Shown here: positions 37,070 to 50,887 of the stretch, one piece after another
Layout: every line of letters begins with the position of its first letter
Numbering within the stretch: the first letter of the stretch is position 1
Origin: Lama guanicoe
Taxonomy: Eukaryota
Length of the DNA stretch: 64,000 nt
NCBI GenBank assembly: GCA_013239625.1
Contig: MU053881.1
Location: 2,108,001-2,172,000, forward strand
Reading direction: 5' to 3'
Translations under genes and position numbers: made by a program
Notes under the pieces: generated by a model
What the model was told of the DNA's origin: nothing
The model's database searches: none
The model's input: only the letters and a program-made list of their open reading frames with translations

Positions 37070-39400
37070 AAGACTGAATACTCAACTTCAGTTCTGCTCC
37101 CTTCTGAAACCCCACTAAAATAACAGGAAAAGCAGTTTTTAAAAGAAACAAATACAAACGAAAAGAAACAACAATAAAAATCTAGAAAAGCTGAAGGTCA
37201 GAGTTAAACCAAATGAGAGGCCAGTCTTGAGAAAAGCTAAGAAGCAGTCTGATGCACTCCCAGATTGCTTTGCTAAGGGTAAACCTACTTGTAAAGGGTA
37301 CCCTAGAAGAAGTATGGAAAGGTGTAGAAACAAGACTGGCTGAAAAACTCTTCGAGATGAAGTTAGAGTATTTCCAGGTCAAGATGAAGAACTGAATAAA
37401 CACTTCTAAATTCACCCTGCCCTCCTAATCTCCACTAAAGCTATAGTAAAGAGACTTTCAAAGATAGACCCATTAAGAACAGGGAGAGCAAGAGAGAACA
37501 GCTGAATAAATTACCAGCTGTGCAGGTATATTACACAGATTTGGAAGCTGGAAAGCACGTGGATAAGTATTATGTTAACTTACTTAATAACAGACCCAAG
37601 AAAGCTAAATCCTAAATCATCAGTGAGCAAAGCCATGAACCAACTGTATCAACACCACTCATCCTCAAAAGGCCCAGGAAATGGCAACACCTGGTACTTC
37701 CGGAGTTTGGGAGGATAAAATACAGATGACTGACTGAAAGCTGTCAATCAGCCTTGGATACCTAAATTTTCTCCTCCACTCCAAGCCACCAGATCACTGC
37801 CTTTCCCCTCCAGTCAATAGAAGACTAGAGGTTTTTCCACTAGGTGGAGTAAAACAGGCCTCCAGACTGAGTACCACCAGACACAGTCCAGGGGGATAAC
37901 TATACCAAAATAGAGGGAGGGAGTGAACTGAATGCTAAAACCATGCAGTCATCTTCCCTCATTGAGCTCCCAGAACACAAGAAGCCAGATTCTTATTCTC
38001 TAAGTAGGAGACCAAAGACTGACTCATCTCTGAGTGAGTCTCAGCAAGCCAAGAAAAAAATGGAGAAGGTACTCAGAAGGGACTGGGAGAAGGAGGGAGG
38101 TCACCCTACAAGGAAATTAAAAGTATGCAAGCTCCGCACATTCAGAAGTGTCCACATGCTCTTTAGTTTTAACTCTTGAACACAGATTTCAGTAAAGCCT
38201 CAAACAAACCAAAAAAAGAACAAAGGTACAAACAGTGAAGATGAAAAGGAATTTGAAAACAGACTATATACGAAACAGAAAACTTCACAAAAGCTATCAT
38301 TAATATCATCAGAAATAGAAAGGATATTGCACTAATGAAATAAGATGCAGGAACAAAAACAAATTCTTGAAAATTAAAAGCATTAGAGCAGAAATGTAAC
38401 ACTGAAAAGGGGGCTCTGAAGAAAAAGTTGAGGGAACTCCCATAAAATAGGGCAAAAACAACAAAAATTCAACAAAAAAAGATGGAAAAATTATTAAGTC
38501 CAACACAGGAAAGTCAATTTCTAAGTGAGAATTATAGAGTATAAGCAAAGGAAATAAATCAATGAAAAAATTCAAGAAAATGTTCCAGAACTAAAGAAAC
38601 TAAATTATAGATCAAAAGGGCCCACTATATACCCATTACGAAGAGTAAAAACTGACTCACAGCAAGGAACAGCCTGTGAACTACAGGAACAGAAGAGTCT
38701 ACAAGCTTTCAGGGAGAGGGACAAAAGTCGCATACAAAAGATCAGATCAAAACAATCTCAGATTTTACAGCAACTCTGGAAGATAGAAGACAATGGAACA
38801 ATGCCTTCAGAATTTCGAGCAAAAATGATTTCCAGCCTAGTGTTTATAGAGCCAACTACCAAACAGGTGTAGGAAAAGAATAAAAATATGTCCAGATAAT
38901 GCAAGGCCTCAGAAAATGTATCTCCCACATCCCCTTCTCCAGGAAACTATTGAAGGATTTGCTATACATTCAAAATGAGTGAGTAAACTCAAAACAAGGA
39001 AGACATGAAATTCAACACAAAAGAGAGCTGAAGGCAATCCCCAACCTGACAGCTGTTAACCAGGCACAGAAGGTAATCTGTGCAGACTGAAGGAGTCTAG
39101 TAAAGACTCCAGGTGGGATTTCCTCAAGATGATGAAAAATGACAAATTACTGGTGTATCAGTTCATGGGGAGAGAACAAAAACTAAGAACCACCCCCCTT
39201 CACTGAAACACACATACACACAAAGGTCATTACAAACACACACACAAAGGAAAAAGGCTGTGAGGGCAGAGTGAGCATAGGACTCTACATGGCTAAGCTG
39301 TATGGTGTTAACATAATAATGTGCACACATTCAACTCCTAACCAAAATTAGAGCACACTAGGGAAGACAGGGGTGCTGGAGGTAAGGACGGCAGGACAGA
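37070..39400 (+). mobile_element. Ancient L1 (L1ME-like) 5'UTR/ORF1 remnant
   Basis: A-rich ORF1-like text (..GAAGACAATGGAACAATGCCTTCAGAATT..), heavily decayed. Confidence 0.6.
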
Positions 39401-39479
39401 TAGGAGTCCTTAAGGTTACCACACCAAGCCTCCAATCACAGCACCCTCATCCGCTCCTAATGTTAACACTTGAAGGGTA

Positions 39480-40945
39480 CTGCTATTACTCTCGCCACGG
39501 CCAGTTCCTCATTGTGATATGAATTCCTTCAACCTCTTCCCTTCTCAGAAATCCTGTCATGTTCCCATCTTGGATCCCTTATTACTCCTGTCTTCAATCT
39601 CTATCCCCAGAACTCTTCTCATCAACACTAACTGCATGATCATTCCCATTTTAAAAAATCTTCCGGACCTCATGTATCTCTCTAGCTCTCTCTCTGGCGT
39701 AGTATCCCCACTTCTCTGCCCTTGTCTCTGTTTCCTCAAACCAGCCTAACTGAACTTCACACCACCAAATACCACAATCATACCACCAAAAAGATTACCA
39801 ATGATCTCTAGCCCTTTACACCTAATGGCCTCTTATCTGATCGGTGCCTAGGCACCGCTCAACCAAACTAACCACACTTCCTTCTTAAAACATTCTAGTC
39901 ACCAAAGTGCTCTAGTCCACCGTATTCTCCTGGTTTTCCTCTTCCCGATTCTTCTATCTGATTTTTTCACCTCTCTTTTGCAGGTTCAGTGTCCTCAACA
40001 GACCTCAAATGTTGGCTTCCTCAGAGCTACCTTTATTCCCACTGTGTATTTTGTACCGAGGTCATGTCATCCATGCCCTATCCATGGCTTCAATTAATAT
40101 CAGCAAGCAGATGTCACCTCCAAGTTATGGATGTCCCAGTGCTCTCTGCAAATGGCAACACTATTTATGCTCTGGTGAAGCTAAAAATTTGGGAGCCATC
40201 CTAACATACAGAGACCTTAGGACTTCATTCCCCCCCATTATCCACCCATTACCAAAACGTATAGACTTCATCCCCCAAGTAGTTCTTCATTCCCTATCAC
40301 CACTTTCATCTCACCATAACCACTGCAATGGCCCTTTTAACTCTCTCCTCTGATTTACTTGTGTCCCTCTCCAAGTCATTTTCCTCACTGCAGTCAGAGT
40401 GAACTTGAAAACACAGATCAGATCACATCTCCCTCTACACACAGCCCTTTGATGGTATCCTACTGTTCTTAGGAAAAAGTTTAAATTTTGAATGAAGTCT
40501 ACAAAATGCTGCATGATTTGACACGTATCTACTTCTCCAGCTTCATAATGAGCCACTTCCATTACTTTACAGGCTGCAGCCCTCTCGGGGCAGAGCACAA
40601 ACTCCATTCTGTGCTCCGAACCACCTTCTTTTTTTCCTAGTTAATTCCTACTCATCCTCTCAGGTTTCAGGTTAAAGATAGTTTTACCAGCAAAACTGAC
40701 CTTGACTACCTCACAACAAAAGTCCAGATTAGGTGTCCCCCGTATTACTGACTACACACCAATACTTCTCCTTGAACACACTTCTCAGTTAAGTTATTAT
40801 CTACTTGATTATTTGCTGGTGACTTGTCTCTTTAACTAGACTCTGAGGATACACAAGCGCAAGCAAAACTGATGTTTTGCCAACTACTAGATCCCAATAT
40901 CTAGCACAGCACCTGCAGAATGTACCTATTATTTGTTGACTAAAT
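39480..40945 (+). mobile_element. LINE-2 remnant
   Basis: L2 3' motifs (TATTCTCCTGGTTTTCCTC, GATCAGATCACATCTCCCTCT, CTAGCACAGCACCTG..TATTTGTTGACTAAAT). Confidence 0.7.
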
Positions 40946-42098
40946 GGCACAGACCTAACTAGTGTGCCCAAGGAACACCACAGTGAGTAAGAAGCCAGCA
41001 GTCTCGTGGGCACAGGAAGGGTACAAGGGGAAGACTAAAAGAATTTTCTACCAGTAGAATTTAAATGTGCAAATAGGTCGGTCACAAAGTTTGATATTAT
41101 CTTCTTTAAAATGGTGAGCTATAAAGGTCTTTGGGCACCTCAATATTAATATTCAAAATATAAAATCAAGTCCAGCATCCCACTTTGGGTAAATCGTCCT
41201 ACAGACAGACATGCACACGTGACACACAGTCATTCTTTACGGTACTGTTTGTGTTGCACATAAACACATGCACGTACGCAGACAGGCAGTCTTTACGACA
41301 CAAGGTTAGAAACAGCCCGCACATCCATCAACAGCGAAACGGTTATAAGAAGGATACCATACTCAAGAAGTGGAAAACCATGCACTTAAAAAAGAAAACG
41401 GGGAAAGTTTTCAATAAGCTCACATGGAAAAATCTCCAAGTGAACAAACTGCAGAATATACATACAATACGCTACTTTTATGTTAAAATCAAAGAGGGTA
41501 GGGAGATGAATATATACATCTGGACTTACATAAAGAAAGTCTAGAAAAAAAGTATTAGTAACAATTGGTTACTCTTTGAAAGGAAAGGTAAAGAATGGGG
41601 TAAATCACAAACTATCTTAATAGAAAAAAGGGAGCTCAAAATGAAGTTCTGGCCTCTATATTATAGCATTTTAAAGTTATGATACATGAAATTCAAATAG
41701 AACAATCAAATAAGAAACTATAGTAGCTAAAGAGAATAAATCAAGATTTAAAAATTCAAAATAACTTCTAAGCATTCTTTATAACCATTTCAGCTTTCAA
41801 ACTAACAAAAAAGATACAAACCTGAAGACTGAAGTAGAAAAACAATATACTGAAAAGTAATTCTGGACAAAATAAACTTTAGGTAATAAGCCTAACATTT
41901 TCCTGGCTTCTACAGATAGAGTAATTGAGAATTTTAAAATCATACAGTAAAATAAATTAGAACAAAAAGATTCAAAAAACCCAAGTAATAACAATTCATT
42001 TATGAAATGCTCAAAGGTAAAAATGAATTATTACTGAAGGCAACTGCAGGTTTGTAATTCCATACTGTATCTTATGTATAATCAACTGCAAGTATTAC

Positions 42099-42234
42099 CT
42101 TTCATTTTTGAGTGTGTGTTAATCAACGGATCAGAACAAATTCTGCAGGGCCACCATGGGCGTCTCTTGAATTTTGCCCAGATGAGGTCTCCAACTTCAT
42201 ACTTCAGTGGTGTAGCCTTTTTCTTGGGTTGACA
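42099..42234 (-). CDS. NSD1: NSD1 coding exon (human exon 3 equivalent), N-terminal part of PWWP1
   Basis: Translates CQPKKKATPLKYEVGDLIWAKFKRRPWWPCRICSDPLINTHSKMK (PWWP motif); acceptor ..ctaaag| and donor AAAG|gtaata; 136 nt. Confidence 0.97.
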
Positions 42235-43809
42235 CTTTAGACAGACAAAACAGGGAACATCAGTAAGAATCAAAACCTTTTGAAACAATACATCATCTTC
42301 CCATTAGCCTTCTGAGAAAGCATTACCTAAAAAATACTGGATGAAAACACTCCAGGCTTAATAACAATTATAACATATGTACAACAAAATTACTTTGCAC
42401 TAACTGTTCATAACATAGCCCTTGATACAGTCAGTACTAGCTCTCAATTTATATTTATTTTACCCAAGTAATCTACCTGCATTCTGGTAAAATAAGTAAA
42501 CTATTCCATTTTTAAAGAGCTAAAAACTGAAATAACAGATAAACAGTATCATTCCAAAGAAAAGATACCTTTGCCCTAGTCCTTGAATCACAACATGGCT
42601 GGGGCAGGAGAGCAGAGAATGCGGTCCCTTCTGCAGGTGATGCTCTACGTCCTTCTCAAACACACATATTCCTATTAAGTAGTTAACAATAATGGCCCTA
42701 ACAAAATATTCCTGAAAGCTACAAGATAGATTCCTGCAATGTCAATACAACTGACCTGGATTTTTCCCAGGACATCCAAGAGAGGCTGCATCTAGAACAG
42801 TCTACTACACAATTCCAAGAGCATTCATTCATGCAAGCACAATACGAGTCAAGCTCCTTGGACCTATCCAAAGTAGAGACTCTGGCTGCATCTTTTCTCC
42901 AAAAATATACCTAATTAGCCTGCAATCCAGATGCTTCCATCTCAGCTTTTAAACCCATGTCCATAACACCCTATAAACAGTACACGTCTCCTGCCCTGAG
43001 AGGAAGACAGCTTTTTGTTCAGTGGGACCCAGCTTCCCACCTGATAAATCACGCAAAGGAGTTCACATGTGCTAAAATATTTCTGGGTAGCTAAAAGAAG
43101 CACCCAGGGTACTTGGACAAAGGACAGTCTACTCCATTTACTCCAAGGGGACATACAAATATTCTGACTTTCTATAAATGCCATGTCTTGAAAAAGACTT
43201 GGCAAGTTACTCCCTCAGATTCAACTGTCCCCCCTTAATGCCTAGAACAGTACCCACCTGACACAGATTAAGTGTTCAATAAAGAATATGCTGAATGAAA
43301 TGACTGAAATCATTCAGATAAAAATGATGAACAATATCTGAGGCTCAAGGATATCAAAGTATTGAGCTCAATTCAATGATTTATAAGTTATCATTCATCC
43401 AAGATTGTGCATTCAGAGAGAAATAAGTTAAATTTCATGGAATGCCTTTATTGAAAACAGTGTGATTAGTTCTTCACGTATATAGTTACTAGGAAATGAG
43501 ACAGAAAGTACACCTTTTAAAAAACAAAGTCCCAAGGGGCCATTTTTGCCTCTTATCATTTTGTAAGTTATCAGAAAAAAACATGACTTCAAAGCATGTT
43601 GGCTTTGAAACTTTAGAAACAAGATACCAAGATGGGATGGAAAAACAAATCTTTCACATGCCTCTGTACTGAAAACCACAATTTGAATAGGTTCCCATAA
43701 ATTTCTGATATAATTTGACTTGTAATGAATCGAGTTAATTTGGCAATTATTGCTAAATACAGAATTTGCTTGTTTATCTGAGTACTAAATGATTTTATAT
43801 GTAGTACTA

Positions 43810-43995
43810 CCATTCACTTAATGTTTGCTATATGCCAGGCACTGTTCTCTCTTTAATACTCTTAAGGTAGATACTATATTATTACTCCTAATTTACTATA
43901 TGCCTGTAGTCATATAGTTATTTAGTAAGTGGCAGAGACAGGATTCAGATCTGAGCAGTCCAACTCAGGATCCCAAATTATCAACTACTATCCAG
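43810..43995 (-). mobile_element. MIR SINE fragment
   Basis: TATGCCAGGCACTGTT..AGTAAGTGGCAGAGACAGGATTCAGATCTGAGCAGT. Confidence 0.65.
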
Positions 43996-45187
43996 TAACA
44001 ATAAAACCCCATGATTATTACATGCTTTATGACAAATTCAGCCATAATCAATCTATGACATGATACTAGTTCCATCTCTCCCTCATATTACTACTGCAAA
44101 GTGATTATATTATTAGGAACTAAAGCCATAAAAACACATGCCTTCAGTAACAGACAGATGAGAAAGAACACGAGTGGTATCAGGTAAAGCCAGAAGCCAG
44201 AATCACACAACCAGACAAAGCAGTAATAAGCTGCCTCCTTCACAAATTGTGTCATCTTAAACATATCAGTTAATTCAGCCTCAGTTTCCTAAGCCATAAA
44301 ATCAGGAAAGAAACACTGCTCTACCACTGTAAAACCATCAAACTATTAATTCCACTCCTAACATTTTAACCCAAAGGAAATATTCTAAACAAGTAAAAGA
44401 ATTGTAGAAAGATATCTAAAGCTGTTACTTATGACAACAAAAAGTTAACATCCAACAAGAGACATCTTAAATTATGCTGAAAACTCAATGAAATATGCAA
44501 AATGCAAATGAAGTTATGGGATATTGAAAATGTAGTACACAGCCACACATACAATATACCAACTATTTAGAAACTATGCTAAAACTATGATGATTAAAAA
44601 CAATAAAGTCACTGAGAAACACAAAAGTATAGTTTCATTAAACTAATCATGGGTGAAGACGTTCATAAACCTGAAACATTCATTTTCTGCTAATTATTTA
44701 AATCATTTACCGTGATGACCAAATAAAACAATATATACAACCAACTGGGAAGAAAACGTCTATACAGACACATATTATTAATGAACAACATCTAAATCCA
44801 AATGACCTTAATACATAAAAAACTAGAAACAGGAAAGAATTCTAGAGGCCTCCAAAACATGAAAAGAGAGAAAGTAACAACGAGGTAAAACTAAAGGGGG
44901 GTTGGGGGGGAATACAACTCTTGTCATACGGCTTAAAAATTCAACTTGGAAAGACTCCCAAATAACTTCTTATAAAGCTCACAATTCAATTAAATATCTA
45001 CACACAAAGCTCAACGAGAAACACAAAGATGAATTCCTGACCCCAAGACACGTGGAGAGTATCAGGGAATACTGGAATGAAGAATGTCCCCTAAGCTTAG
45101 ACGGTCAGGATAGGCATATTTCAGAACAGCTTTCTCTGTATGTCCGGTTGGATGAAATACACCAGTGCTAGGCCTTTTTATAAACAC

Positions 45188-45590
45188 TATTGGGTTGAAC
45201 TGTGGTCACTCAAAAGATATACTCTCCGGTACCTGTAAATGTGACCTTATTTGAAAAGTGTTCTGGCAGATGATCAAGATGTCAATTAGGGTGGTCCCCT
45301 AATCCAATATAACTTGTGTTCTTATAAAAAGGGAAAATTTGGACACAGAGACAGACATGCATAGAAGATGATGTGAAGACACAAGGAGAATGCCATCCAC
45401 AAACCAAGGTACCCCAGACACTAAGAGAGGCATGGGACAGATTCTCACAGCCCTCGGAAGGAACCAGTCCTTACCGACAACTTGATGCTTGACTTCTAGC
45501 CTCCAGAACTCTGAGACAATTACATTTGTATTGTTTAAGCCACCCGGCCTGTGGTACTTCGTTATGGCAGTCCCAGAAAACATTTGATTA
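45188..45590 (+). mobile_element. MLT1 (ERVL-MaLR) solo LTR, MLT1B/C-like
   Basis: TGGGTTGAACTGTG..ATGTGACCTTATTTG..GACTTCTAGCCTCCAGAACT..TTGTTTAAGCCACCC..TGTGGTACTTCGTTATGGCAG. Confidence 0.85.
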
Positions 45591-45985
45591 ACTCTAAAGA
45601 CCATGTTATTTGCAGGACAACCCACTGTTTCCCTCTAGTGTTAATTATGGACAGAATTTGTTCCAAAGTGTTTAAATCAAATCTAAAAAGCAACTAGGTT
45701 CAAAATCTCCATTTCCTTTTTTTATTGACAGTAACATGTCATCTCACATTAAACTAAGAAAATGACCATATGTGTGTGGGAGATATAAATGACAAGGGAA
45801 TTAAAATGTTATACTAGAAATAGAGATTTAATTTTTAAAAAATATCTAACACAAAGGCAGTGACAGAGGATTAGAGGAACATAAATACAAGACGTATAAA
45901 AAAACAAATACCAAAGTGACAGACATCAATCCTACCTTATCACTAATTATACAAAATGTGTATGGACTTAAAATTTAAGGCAGAT

Positions 45986-46100
45986 GGGTAGGTATAGCTC
46001 CATGGTAGAGTACATGCTTAGCATGCACAAGGTTCTGGGTTCAATCCCCAGTAGCTCCATTGAAAAATAAACCTAATTACCTCCTCCCAAAAGATAAATA
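45986..46100 (+). mobile_element. tRNA-derived SINE (Vic-1-like), no TSD found
   Basis: A/B boxes and AATAAACCTAATTACCTCC tail. Confidence 0.9.
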
Positions 46101-46130
46101 TATACTTTTTTAAAAAAAAATACACTATGA

Positions 46131-46750
46131 CTTACCATATGATCCAGCAATCCCACTCCTGGGCATATATCCTGGAACTTTAATTTGAAAAGATATATGC
46201 ACCCAGTGTTCACAGCAGCACTATTTACAATAGCCAAGACATGGAAACAATCTAAATGCCCATCAACAGATGACTGGATAAAGAAATTGTGGTATATTTA
46301 TACAATGGAATACTACTCAGCCATAAAAAAGAATAAAATAATGCCATTTGCAACAACATGGATAGATCTGGAGATTGTCGTTCTAAGTGAAGTAAGCCAG
46401 AAAGAGAACGAAAAATACCATATGATGCCACTTATATGTGGAATCTAAAAAGACAAATGAACTTATTTACAAAGCAGACGTAGAAAACAAACTTATGGTT
46501 ACCAGGAGGGGAAGGGGGCAGGAAGGGATAAATTGGGGTTTGAGATTTGCAGATATTAACTACAATATATAAAACAGATAAACAACAAGTTTATACTGCA
46601 TAGCACAGGGCACTATATTCAATATCTTGCAGTAACCTATAATGAAGGAGAACGTGAAAACAAATATATGTATATGTAAGACTGAACTATTTCATGCTGC
46701 ACAGCAGAAATTGACACATTGTAAACTGACTATATTTCAATTTTAAAAAA
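46131..46750 (+). mobile_element. Young lineage-specific L1 3' end (~620 bp, 5'-truncated)
   Basis: ORF2 C-terminus-like peptide FTAALFTIAKTWKQSKCPSTDDWIKKLWYIYTMEYYSAIKKN; ends GTAAACTGACTATATTTCAATT(A)n; TSD core ACACTATGA 46122-46130 / 46754-46762. Confidence 0.9.
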
Positions 46751-47401
46751 AGGACACTATGAAGAAAACAAAAGGATAACTCAAAATGGGAGAAAATATT
46801 CTCAAATCACATTATCTAAAAAGGGACTTACATTGGGGTATATAAGGAACTATACATTGCAATATATAAGGAACTACTACAACTCAACAATAAAAAGGCA
46901 AACATCTCCATCTTCTAAAAATGGAGAAAGAATTTTATAGACATTTCTCTAGAGAAGATATACAAATGGCTAACATGCGCATGAAAGTACACTCAACAAC
47001 ATTGGTAATGAGGGAAATGAAAATCGAAACTATAATTAGATACTTCACATCCAGTAAGAGAATTTTTAAAAAGAAAATGACAATCATTGGTGAGGATGTG
47101 AAAAGTCAAAACTTTCTAACTGCTGCTCAGAAAGTAAAATGATGCAGCCCATTTTGGAACAGTTTGCATTTCCTCAAAAGGTTGAACACAAAGTTTCCAT
47201 GTGACCCAGCAGTCCTACTCTTAGGTGTATCACACCCAAGAGAAATGAAACATAAATCCACACAAGAGCTTGTACACAGATGTTCACAGAAGTATTATTC
47301 AACACAGCCAAAAGGAAGAAACAAACCTAACAGTCACCAAACTGATAAATAAATGAATGTAATACATCTATACAGTGGAATAATGTTAACAATGAAAAGA
47401 A

Positions 47402-47542
47402 GGGGGAGGCTGTAGCTCAAATGGTATAGAGCACATGCTTAACATGCATGAGGTCCTGGGTTCAATACTCAGTACCTCCTCCAAATGTAAATAAATGAAT
47501 AAATCTAATTACTTCCCCCCCATAAAAATAAAAAAAAGAAAG
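47402..47542 (+). mobile_element. tRNA-derived SINE (Vic-1-like)
   Basis: Perfect 14-bp TSD AACAATGAAAAGAA 47388-47401 / 47543-47556. Confidence 0.92.
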
Positions 47543-48588
47543 AACAATGAAAAGAAATAATGTACTGATACATGCTATGGATGAACATTAAAGAATATGC
47601 TAAGTGAAAGAAGCCAGTCGCAAAGGACCACATATCCTTTAATTTTGCTTATATGAAATATCCAAAATTAGCATATACACAGAGACAGATAACACTGGTA
47701 TAATACTAAATTAATGCTATCACCACAGTATCTCTGCAAAATTGGTTATTATTAGGTCTATTTTCTGGAAGAAACTAAATTTTTAACTATGCTGATATGA
47801 TCTTCTCATGCCACAGTTACAATGTCACCCTTGTCATTAGTACTCACCTATTCAAGAAGAATTTACTGAACCATTTTTATATCCAAGCAGCATTCTAGGT
47901 ATTGAAAATACAACAGTTCACTAAACAGGAAAAAAATACCTGCCTTCAAGGAGTTATTAGCATTTCAGTGAGAAGTAACGGCTCGCCCCTACAGAAAGTA
48001 AAATTTGAAGGGAGCAGAAATGAGAGTGCTTGATAGTTATGGGGTTTCAGTTTGGGGTGATGAAAAGGTCTGAAGCCAGATAGTGGTGATGTTTGTACAA
48101 CACTGTGACTGTACTTAATGCCACTGAACTGTGCACTTGAAAATAGTTACAATAGTAAAATTCTCTTGTTTATTTTTCCACACACACAAAAAAAGAGCAG
48201 GAAGAGACACATACTGACATATGCATATATACATATAAATATATAATAGAATAGAGAGAGGTAAGAGACATAAGAGGTAAGAATACACAATGATAAGGGT
48301 CAACATACACTTAATCGGGGTCTCAGAAGATCAGAAGAGAATAAGGCAGAGAGAATAATAAAAATTGGCTGAGAATTTTCCAGAATTTATCAGTCACTAA
48401 ATCCACTGCTTCAAGGAGACTATCAAATCCTGAGAAGAATAAACAAACAGAAATCCACACTTAGACACATCAAACTCAGAAACAAAACAAAACCAACCCT
48501 GCCTCCTGACAAAAAAAGAAAAGAGAGAAAATCTTTAAAAGCAACCAGAGGAAAAAAGACACATTATCTTTAAAGGCACAAGGTTTCT

Positions 48589-48654
48589 TTTCTTTTTTTT
48601 TTCTTAATTGAAGTATAGTCAGTTACAATGTACTCTGGTGTACAGCATAATGTC
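48589..48654 (-). mobile_element. Very short 5'-truncated L1 3' end
   Basis: (T)n-AATTGAAGTATAGTCAGTTACAATGT; 18-bp TSD with 3 mismatches 48571-48588 / 48655-48672. Confidence 0.82.
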
Positions 48655-49079
48655 TAAAGGCTTAAGCTTTCTAATTCTTCTGGCTTACCAGCAACAATGG
48701 GAGTCAGAAGACAGTGGAATGATATTTTCTGCATGCGATTAAGAAAATAGCTCCTAATCTAGACTTATTTATCCAGCAAAAATATCTTTCAAGAAAGAGA
48801 GCTAAATATAATTTCAGACAAACCAAAACTAGGAGAGTTAGACACCAGTAGACTCTCAGAAAGGAAAATTTTAAAAGATACATATTTCAGTCAAAAGGAA
48901 ACCATCATGGGTCTGATATATGAAAAATAAAGGAATAAATGTGCAAAATGAACAGTGACTATTTAAAACAATGTCTAATGAAGTCTAAAACAAAAACAGT
49001 AAATTAGAACTCACAACAATACTCCATGTTGGAAAGGAGTAAACGATGTTAAAGTGCTCTTAAGATTTACATATTATCG

Positions 49080-49974
49080 CTCTTTACCATCTTGCAATGT
49101 GGCGGTGAAAAAACTGAGAAGCCAGACACTAAGGAGAAAAAGCCTGGAGCCAAGAAGGCTGATGCTGGTGGCAAGGTTAAAAAGGTTAAGAAGGGTAAGC
49201 CCCACTGCAGCCAAAACCCTGTCCTATTTCCAATCAGCTACGTATTCCAGAAAGGCCTTGTACAAGAGGAAGTATTCAGCAGCTAAATCCAAGGTTGAAA
49301 AGAAAAAGTAGGTAAGGATTCTTGCTACTGTCACAAGACAAGTTGGTGGTGACAAGAATGGTGGTACCCAAGTGGTCAAACTTCACGAAATGACTAGATA
49401 TTATCCTACTGAAGATGCGCCTTGAAAGCTGCTGAGCCACGGCAAGAAACCCTTCAGTAAGCACGTGAGTAAACTGCACACCAGCATCACTTCAGGGACC
49501 ATTCTCACCATCCTCACCGGGTGCCACAGAGACAAGAGGGTCATTTTCCTGAAGCACCTGAGCAGTGGTTTACTTCTTGTGACCAGAACTCTATCCCTCA
49601 ATTGAGCACCCTCTGCACAGAACACACCAGAAATTTGTCATTGCCACCTCCACCAGAACTGACATCAGTGGTGTGAAAATCCCAGAACATCTCACTGATG
49701 CTTACTTCAAAAAGAAGCTGCCTAAGCTCAGACACCAGGAAGATGAGATCTTTGACACAGAGAAAGAGAAGTATGAGATTACAGAGCGGCGCAAGGTTGA
49801 TCAGAAAGCTGTGGACTCACAAATTCTGTGAAGAATCAAAGCTGTTCCTCAGCTCCAGGGCTACTTCCACTCTGTGTTTGCATTCACAGATGGAATTTAT
49901 CCTCACAAATTGGTGTTCTAAACTTACTGCAGAGGACCTAATTAAATAACTGATCCATTTTTAAAAAGGGGGTG
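49080..49974 (+). pseudogene. RPL6: Processed pseudogene of 60S ribosomal protein L6 (eL6), antisense in NSD1 intron 2
   Basis: Intronless; 5'TOP-like CTCTTT start; [45 protein letters not shown], ..GIYPHKLVF-TAA (49919-49921); ATTAAA at 49941; frameshifts and in-frame stops (TAG 49309-49311); flanking TSD GATTTA(C/T)ATATTAT at 49064-49077 and 49975-49988. Confidence 0.95.
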
Positions 49975-50166
49975 GATTTATATATTATTAAGAAGGAATA
50001 TTTTAAAGTCTACATATTGTCAGGGAGGAAGGCATAGGGATTTTAAAAATTGATGTTAGAAAGGCCTGTTGTAATTTCTAGGGTACCCTCCAAAACAAAG
50101 AGAAACCAAATATGTAATTCGCAAGCTTGAATGGGAGTGAGAGGAACATAAAAAGAAAGGTGAGCA

Positions 50167-50296
50167 GGGAAGCATAGCTCAGTGGCAGAGTGCAGGCTTA
50201 GCACGTCCAGCATGCCTGACGTTCTGGGTTCAATCTCCAGTACATCCATTAAAAAATACATAAATAAATAAACCTAACCCCCCACACACAAAAAAA
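50167..50296 (+). mobile_element. tRNA-derived SINE (Vic-1-like) with short insertion in anticodon arm
   Basis: ATAGCTCAGTGGCAGAG head, GGTTCAATCTCC B box, AATAAACCTAA tail. Confidence 0.88.
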
Positions 50297-50887
50297 CTAT
50301 TAACAAAAAAGAATTAGGCTCTTCAAATAAAACCAAAAACAAAGAAAGAAAAGAAAAAAAATTAATTGAAAAGAAGGCAGGAAAGCAGAGAAAAAGAGTA
50401 AGACAAATAGCATAAAATAATACAGCAAACTTACACGCAAATGTCCCTAATTAAATTAAAGTGGACTAAATGTTGCAGTTCACTTGACCAAAAACATTCT
50501 TTTTTAATTTTATGCCTCTAACAACATAGCCTCAAAATACAAAAAGCAAAAACTGGCAGAACTACAAGAAAAAATTAATAAAATTATAATCATAGTGAAG
50601 ATAAATCTCTCTCAGTAATTAAAAGAATAAGCTAAGAAAAAAAATCACTAAAGGTTTAAACAAATTCCAACACCATGAATAACAAATTTGACCTAACTGG
50701 ATATATATATAAACTACTACACTCTAATTGTGAAATATACTTTTTTTTTTTTTTAGCACAGGGAGTATTTACAAACATTCTCCATGTACTGGGCCATAAG
50801 GTGTATCTCAAACAATTTGAAAGAATTAGAACATCTGAAATATATCCTCTGTTCTACAATAAGTAAGTTTTATTAATTATAAAAATG

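Larger units (their letters stand above)
45765..48195 (+). mobile_element. Old L1 (L1MB-like) fragments hosting SINEs and a younger L1
   Basis: ORF2 start-like text 45915-45985, ORF2 C-terminal and 3'UTR text 46752-47700 and 47990-48195. Confidence 0.7.

Noticed and set aside
46185..46448. 87-aa ORF
   Set aside because: C-terminal remnant of L1 ORF2 in a 5'-truncated copy
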